From positions 1,447,221 to 1,511,220 of the forward strand of contig CAVTON010000001.1 of assembly GCA_963736455.1 (NCBI GenBank): a stretch of DNA of 64,000 bases. The letters are read 5' to 3'. Below, piece by piece: positions 59,469 through 64,000 of the stretch (position 1 is its first letter; each line of letters opens with the position of its first letter). The notes beneath the pieces are model-generated. The model was not told the origin of the DNA, did not search any database, and saw only the letters and a program-made list of their open reading frames with translations. Both the position numbers and the translations under genes were made by a program. The DNA comes from an uncultured Acidobacteriota bacterium (GTDB lineage Bacteria; Acidobacteriota; Thermoanaerobaculia; UBA5066; Gp7-AA6).

Positions 59469-62252
59469 TTGAGCCCGAAAGAGATCTACGAGTTCGGCCC
59501 GTTCCGGCTGGACGTCGCCGAGCACCGGCTCCTCGAGGGCGATCGCGGGATCGCCCTGAAGCCGAAGGTCTTCGAAACACTGGTCCTGCTCGTCCGAAAT
59601 GCCGGGCACCTGCTCTCCAAGCAGGACCTGATGACGCAGTTGTGGCCGGATACCGTCGTCGACGAGACGAACCTCAACAAGAACGTCTGGCTGATCCGCC
59701 GCGCCCTCGGCGGAAGCGGCGACTCGGCGGAATACATCGAGACGGTGCCGCGGATCGGTTACCGGTTCGTCGGGAGCGTGTGCCGTGCCGAACCGGTTGG
59801 ACCGCCGTCGGCGGAACCGGCCGCTCTCGCCGCAGCGGAGCCGGCCACGTCCGCACGTGCGACTCCCCCGCCGCCGCCCGTCCCTCGGAGGCATTCCCGG
59901 ACGCCGGCGGTGGTCGCTGCGGCCGCGATCCTCCTCCTCGGCGCTTTCGGCGCGTGGGTCGCGTGGCGGTCCGCCCATGCGAGTGCCGGCTCCACCGACG
60001 GCGCCTTGCGTCCGACGATCTCCGTTCTCGGCTTCCGCAATCTCTCGAACCGTCCGGATCTCGACTGGATCGGCACCGCGCTCTCCGAGATGCTCCAGGC
60101 CGAGCTCGCGCCGGGATCGACGTACCGCCTGATGCCCGTCGAGTCCGCTGACCGACTTCGCCGCGACCTCGCCCTCGAGCAGACCGGCAGCCTGTCGCGC
60201 GAGTCGCTCGCCCGTCTGCGGCGGGCAGCCGCCGTGGACGAGGTCGTCGGCGGCTCCTACGTGTCCGCCGGGTCCGGATCGGCCGACGCACGAATCCGGA
60301 TCGACGTGCTGGTCCAGGACGCGCGGACGGGCGAGACCGTCGGATCCGTGACGGAGACCGGCGAGGCGTCGAGCCTGCTCGACATGGTCGCCTCGCTCGG
60401 CTCCCGCCTGCGCCTCTCGCTTCGCGAGCCCGACCGCGCCTCGGCGGCTGCCGGAGCGCGGGAGACGCTCCCCCGCGGCGCCACGGCTCTGCGGCTCTAC
60501 GCCGAAGGACTTCGAAAGCTGCGCGACTCCGACGCGCTCGCTGCCCGCGATCTCCTTCTCGAGGCTGTCGCGGCGGAGCCCGACTTCCCGCTCGCTCACG
60601 CGGCGCTCGGCCGGGTCTATTCGACCCTCGGCTACGAGGAGAAGGCGCGCCTCGAGCTGCAGCAGGCGTTCGAGCATTCGCACGGCCTGCCGCAAAAGGA
60701 ACAGCTGGAGGTCGAATCCTCCTATCGCGCGGCCAACAAGGAATGGGACAAGGCCATCGCGCTCTGTCAGGAGCTCGACCGGCTCTCGCCCGACGACCTC
60801 GAGAACGGGCTCCCCTTCGCCGCCCTGGAGATCAACGCCTCACGCCGACAGGACGCGCTCGCGGTCCTGAAGAGACTCGAGCGCCTTCCGCCCCCGACCG
60901 GCAACGATCCGCGGATCGACCTGCTCGAATCCCGCGCGTTGCTCGGAACCGACCCGAAGGCGGCGCTCGCGGCGGCCGAGCGCGGGCTGGCGGAGAGCCG
61001 GGCGCGCCGCGTGCGGTCGGTCGAGGCCAACGCCCTCCTCGACCGGGCCGTCGCCTCCCAGACGCTCGGTTCCCCCGACAAGGCCTCGGTCGACGAGGCG
61101 ATGCGGATCTTCGCCGAGATCGGCGACTCCGGCGGCGAGGCTCGCGCGGCTCACATCCTCGGAAACGTTCAGTTCGACGAAGGCGATGCGGACGGAGCCC
61201 GTGCGTCCTTCCAGCGTGCCGTCGACCTTTCCGACCGCATCGGCTACGTTCTCGAGAAGGCGGCTGCCGTCGCGAGCCTCTCGAGGGTCGCGTCGCTCCG
61301 AGGCGAAGCCGCCGAGGCCGAGCGCCTGGTCGTCGAGGCGAATTCCATCTGGCGTGCCGTGCCCGATTTCCGCCAGCTGCCGTGGGGACTGAACGCCCTC
61401 GGCTCGATCCGACTCGGCCAGGGAAGGCTCAGTGAGGCCGAGGCCCTTCACCGGGAGGCGCTCCAGATGGGCCGGGAACGCGGCGACGCCGGCAGTTACC
61501 GCCACGAGGGATACAGCGGGCTCGTCGCCGCGCTCGCCGCGCAAGGGCGGCTCGACGAGGCCTCGCGAGTCGCCGACGAGGCGCTCGCCGCCAGCCGAAA
61601 GATGGCCGATCCGAGCTGGGTCGCGCAGCACGAGGCCGAGATCGGCACGCTGGCATTCGAACGCGGCCGGTTCGACGAGGCAGACCGCCTGTTTGCCGAA
61701 GCGCTCGCGCTTCGAAAGCAGAAGGAGGAGTACACGGTACCCGAGAGCGAGCTCCTGATCGCACACCTGCGCCTCGAAGAGCGCCGCTGGGAGGACGCGC
61801 GCACGCTGGCCGGGAGGGCATCGCGCGGGTTCGCCGCCGCTGGCCGCAAGGCCGATCAGGCCGATGCCGACGCGGTGAGCGCCGAGGCGCTTCTGTCTTC
61901 CGGGCGCAGGGAGGAGGCGAAGAAGACGGTCGAAACCGCCGCCGGGCTTCTCGACGACAAGGCCTCCCCCGACGCCCGCATTCCCGTCCTTCTCGCGACC
62001 GCCCGCGTCGAGACCGCCCTCGGACGCCCGGATGCCGCCCGCTCCGAGATCGAGACGGCGACACGGCTGGCGGAGAGAATCGCTTGGAAGAACCTCGTCC
62101 TCGAGGTGCGGCTCGCGGCCGCGGAGGTCGACGCCGGATCGGGCGACGCCAGAGCGACCGTCGAGTCGGCGGCCGTCGCCGCGGACGCGCGTCTTCTCGG
62201 TTTCGAGCGAATCGCCGTTCGCGCGGATCGGCTGACGAACCGGAAGTCGTGA
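59469..62252 (+). CDS. CadC/ToxR-like membrane-bound transcriptional regulator: OmpR/PhoB-type winged helix, TM, extracytoplasmic domain and TPR array
   Basis: ..YEFGPFRLDVAEHRLLEGDRGIALKPKVFETLVLLVRNAGHLLSKQDLMTQLWPDTVVDETNLNKNVWLIRRAL..YIETVPRIGYRF.. TM segment AVVAAAAILLLGAFGAWVAW, ..ISVLGFRNLSNRPDLDWIG.., then about 550 aa of TPR-like helices. TTG start per the track. Confidence 0.85.
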   Translation: MSPKEIYEFGPFRLDVAEHRLLEGDRGIALKPKVFETLVLLVRNAGHLLSKQDLMTQLWPDTVVDETNLNKNVWLIRRALGGSGDSAEYIETVPRIGYRFVGSVCRAEPVGPPSAEPAALAAAEPATSARATPPPPPVPRRHSRTPAVVAAAAILLLGAFGAWVAWRSAHASAGSTDGALRPTISVLGFRNLSNRPDLDWIGTALSEMLQAELAPGSTYRLMPVESADRLRRDLALEQTGSLSRESLARLRRAAAVDEVVGGSYVSAGSGSADARIRIDVLVQDARTGETVGSVTETGEASSLLDMVASLGSRLRLSLREPDRASAAAGARETLPRGATALRLYAEGLRKLRDSDALAARDLLLEAVAAEPDFPLAHAALGRVYSTLGYEEKARLELQQAFEHSHGLPQKEQLEVESSYRAANKEWDKAIALCQELDRLSPDDLENGLPFAALEINASRRQDALAVLKRLERLPPPTGNDPRIDLLESRALLGTDPKAALAAAERGLAESRARRVRSVEANALLDRAVASQTLGSPDKASVDEAMRIFAEIGDSGGEARAAHILGNVQFDEGDADGARASFQRAVDLSDRIGYVLEKAAAVASLSRVASLRGEAAEAERLVVEANSIWRAVPDFRQLPWGLNALGSIRLGQGRLSEAEALHREALQMGRERGDAGSYRHEGYSGLVAALAAQGRLDEASRVADEALAASRKMADPSWVAQHEAEIGTLAFERGRFDEADRLFAEALALRKQKEEYTVPESELLIAHLRLEERRWEDARTLAGRASRGFAAAGRKADQADADAVSAEALLSSGRREEAKKTVETAAGLLDDKASPDARIPVLLATARVETALGRPDAARSEIETATRLAERIAWKNLVLEVRLAAAEVDAGSGDARATVESAAVAADARLLGFERIAVRADRLTNRKS

Positions 62253-62333
62253 AACCGCGGCGGGAGAACGCTGCGTCGAAGCCGTGGCCGAGCGAAACGA
62301 GGAATCGAGCCTCGAAGCGACGAGCGTCGGCGC

Positions 62334-64000
62334 CTACGCCGGCGTCAGGTCCGCGTAGCGGGCGACGAACTTCTTCTTGCCGGCCCGGTCGAAGTAAACG
62401 GTCAACCGCGTCTCCTCGCCCGAGCCTTCCTCGGTCAGGATGACGCCGTAGCCGTAGCGCGGGTGGCGCACGCGCTTGCCGCGGCGCAGGGCCCGGTCGT
62501 CGCGCTCCTCTTCCTCGTGCGCGCGGCCCGAGAAGATGGTCGGCGCGGGCCGGCCGAAGAACTGCTCCTCGAGCGCCTCGCGGGGAATCTCCTCCAGAAA
62601 CCGGGAGGGACGGCGCTGCTCGATGCGGCCGTACACGAGGCGCCGGTCGGCGAGCGTCAGGACCAGGGAATCCTTCGCTCGCGTCATGCCGACGTAGAGG
62701 AGGCGCCGCTCCTCCTCGAGCTCGTCCTCGTCCTCGGCGGACTGGCCGTGCGGAAGGTAGCCCTCCTCGAGGCCCACGGCGAAGACGGCCTCGAACTCGA
62801 GCCCCTTGGCCGCATGGAGCGTGGACAGAGTCACCGCGCCGCCCGAACCGGCCGCATCGCCGTCGGTGGCGAGGGCCACCGTGTCGAGGTATTCGGCGAT
62901 CGTGGCGCCCTCGGCGTTGCGCCGCTCGAACTCGCGCGCCGACGACAGGAGCTCCTCGATGTTCTCCCGGCGCGCCACATCCTCGCGGTCCTCGGAGTGC
63001 GCGTAGAGGTCCGCGTATCCCGTCGCCGACAGCAGGTGATCGAGCAGGGCCGACGGCGTCCACGTCGCCGCCTTCTCGTGGAGATCGAGGACGATCCCGC
63101 GGAAGCGCGACAGCGCCGTCCGGGCGCGCTCGGTCAGGCCCGCGGGATTCTCCGAGACCTCCCACCACGAGCGCCCGGTCTCGCGCGCCGCGGCGGCGAG
63201 CCGATCGAGGGTGGCCGCTCCGATTCCGCGCGCCGGGACGTTGACGACGCGCCGGAAGGCCAGGTCGTCCTCGGGCCGCGCCGCCAGGCGCAGATACGCG
63301 AGCACGTCCTTGACCTCGGCGCGCTCGTAAAACTTCATCCCGCCGACCACGACGTAGGGAATGCGCCGCCGGACGAGCTCCTCTTCGAACGGCCGCGACT
63401 GGGCGTTGGTGCGGTACAGGATCGCGACCTCCCCGGGCGAGCGTCCGGACGAGGCCAGCTCGCGTACGATCGCCTCCGTCTCGGCGCGGTCCTCCTCGAA
63501 CCTCCAGAGCCGGACGGCGAGCCCCTCGCCGCGATCGGCGCGCAGCCGCTTCTCGCGGCGGCGCCGGTTGTGCGCGACCAGACCCGCCGCGGCGGCCAGG
63601 ATCTTCGAGGTCGAGCGGTAGTTGGCCTCGAGCGCGACCACGCGGGCGCCCGGAAAGTCCGTGTCGAAGCGCAGGATGTGCTCGACCTCGGCGCCTCGCC
63701 AGCGGTAGATCGCCTGGTCCTCGTCCCCGACCGCGCAGAGGGACTCGGCGTTCAGTCCGAACAGCTTGACCAGGGCATCCTGAGCGGAGTTCGTGTCCTG
63801 GTACTCGTCGATCAGGAGATGGCGCACGCGGCGGCGCTCTTCGCCGAGGACGGCCGCGTCGGACGACAGCAGCCGGACGGAGCGCGCGATCAGATCGTCG
63901 AAATCCAGGGCGCCCGTCGCCGCGAGCTTCTTCTCGTAGAGGGCATAGACCTGGCCGATCCGCTCGCCCGCGTAATCCGTCTCCGTCGCCGCGAAGCGTT
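62334..64000 (-). CDS. uvrD: UvrD/PcrA/Rep-family ATP-dependent DNA helicase, 3' portion (5' end outside window)
   Basis: The frame is open to the window edge (..ALDFDDLI..HLLIDEYQDTN..). ..VALEANYRS.., ..TLSTLHAAKGLEF..LLYVGMTRAK.., and a C-terminal ..RVRHPRYGYGVIL.. tail. Confidence 0.9.
   Translation of the reverse strand, partial: RFAATETDYAGERIGQVYALYEKKLAATGALDFDDLIARSVRLLSSDAAVLGEERRRVRHLLIDEYQDTNSAQDALVKLFGLNAESLCAVGDEDQAIYRWRGAEVEHILRFDTDFPGARVVALEANYRSTSKILAAAAGLVAHNRRRREKRLRADRGEGLAVRLWRFEEDRAETEAIVRELASSGRSPGEVAILYRTNAQSRPFEEELVRRRIPYVVVGGMKFYERAEVKDVLAYLRLAARPEDDLAFRRVVNVPARGIGAATLDRLAAAARETGRSWWEVSENPAGLTERARTALSRFRGIVLDLHEKAATWTPSALLDHLLSATGYADLYAHSEDREDVARRENIEELLSSAREFERRNAEGATIAEYLDTVALATDGDAAGSGGAVTLSTLHAAKGLEFEAVFAVGLEEGYLPHGQSAEDEDELEEERRLLYVGMTRAKDSLVLTLADRRLVYGRIEQRRPSRFLEEIPREALEEQFFGRPAPTIFSGRAHEEEERDDRALRRGKRVRHPRYGYGVILTEEGSGEETRLTVYFDRAGKKKFVARYADLTPA

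Overview
This is a visibly very GC-rich chromosomal segment; I did not compute a GC value. It comes from a diderm bacterium, shown by lpxC, an OmpA-family protein, a TonB C-terminal domain and FadL-like barrels. The gene content (DUF11 with an IPTL-CTERM-like tail, many sulfatases, Ser/Thr kinase fusions, palindromic intergenic repeats) looks Acidobacteriota-like, but that is inference only.

I support about 55 protein genes. I saw no rRNA, tRNA, CRISPR array, transposase, integrase or phage genes.

Housekeeping genes:
- rimI, smpB, lpxC, a glutamate formimidoyltransferase and nadE
- a long minus-strand gene train: dgt, glyA, folC, accD and a BtuF/FecCD/ATPase importer
- yebC-ruvC, ftsEX, gatB, pgeF and a partial uvrD/pcrA

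Accessory content:
- (a) A five-gene minus-strand operon (55.5-59.4 kb). It has a small zinc-ribbon ORF followed by four tandem paralogues built as signal peptide, variable beta-rich domain and one SLH-like C-terminal module. A fifth paralogue sits at 32.4 kb. A CadC-like wHTH-TM-TPR regulator is divergent to the operon. This is my best candidate for an undescribed system.
- (b) A 946-aa fusion of a degenerate receiver, a Ser/Thr kinase, a TM segment and a TonB C-terminal domain. It sits directly upstream of a small coiled-coil ORF and the ABC importer.
- (c) A sulfatase island (38.9-47.3 kb) with three Cys-type sulfatases, a sulfatase C-terminal remnant, a HAD hydrolase, a FadL-like barrel and an adjacent two-component system.
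- (d) A methyltransferase / GT2 / polytopic-membrane-protein glycosylation module.
- (e) An octahaem cytochrome c fused to HEAT/TPR repeats.
- (f) A dispersed palindromic repeat family in the two longest intergenic regions.

Caveat: four genes carry eight 1-nt frame disruptions in total. Two of them are the normally essential gatB and ftsX. About 50 other genes read through cleanly, which suggests local assembly indels rather than real pseudogenes.

Most long ORFs in the supplied track are out-of-frame or antisense shadows of real genes, which is typical for GC-rich DNA.
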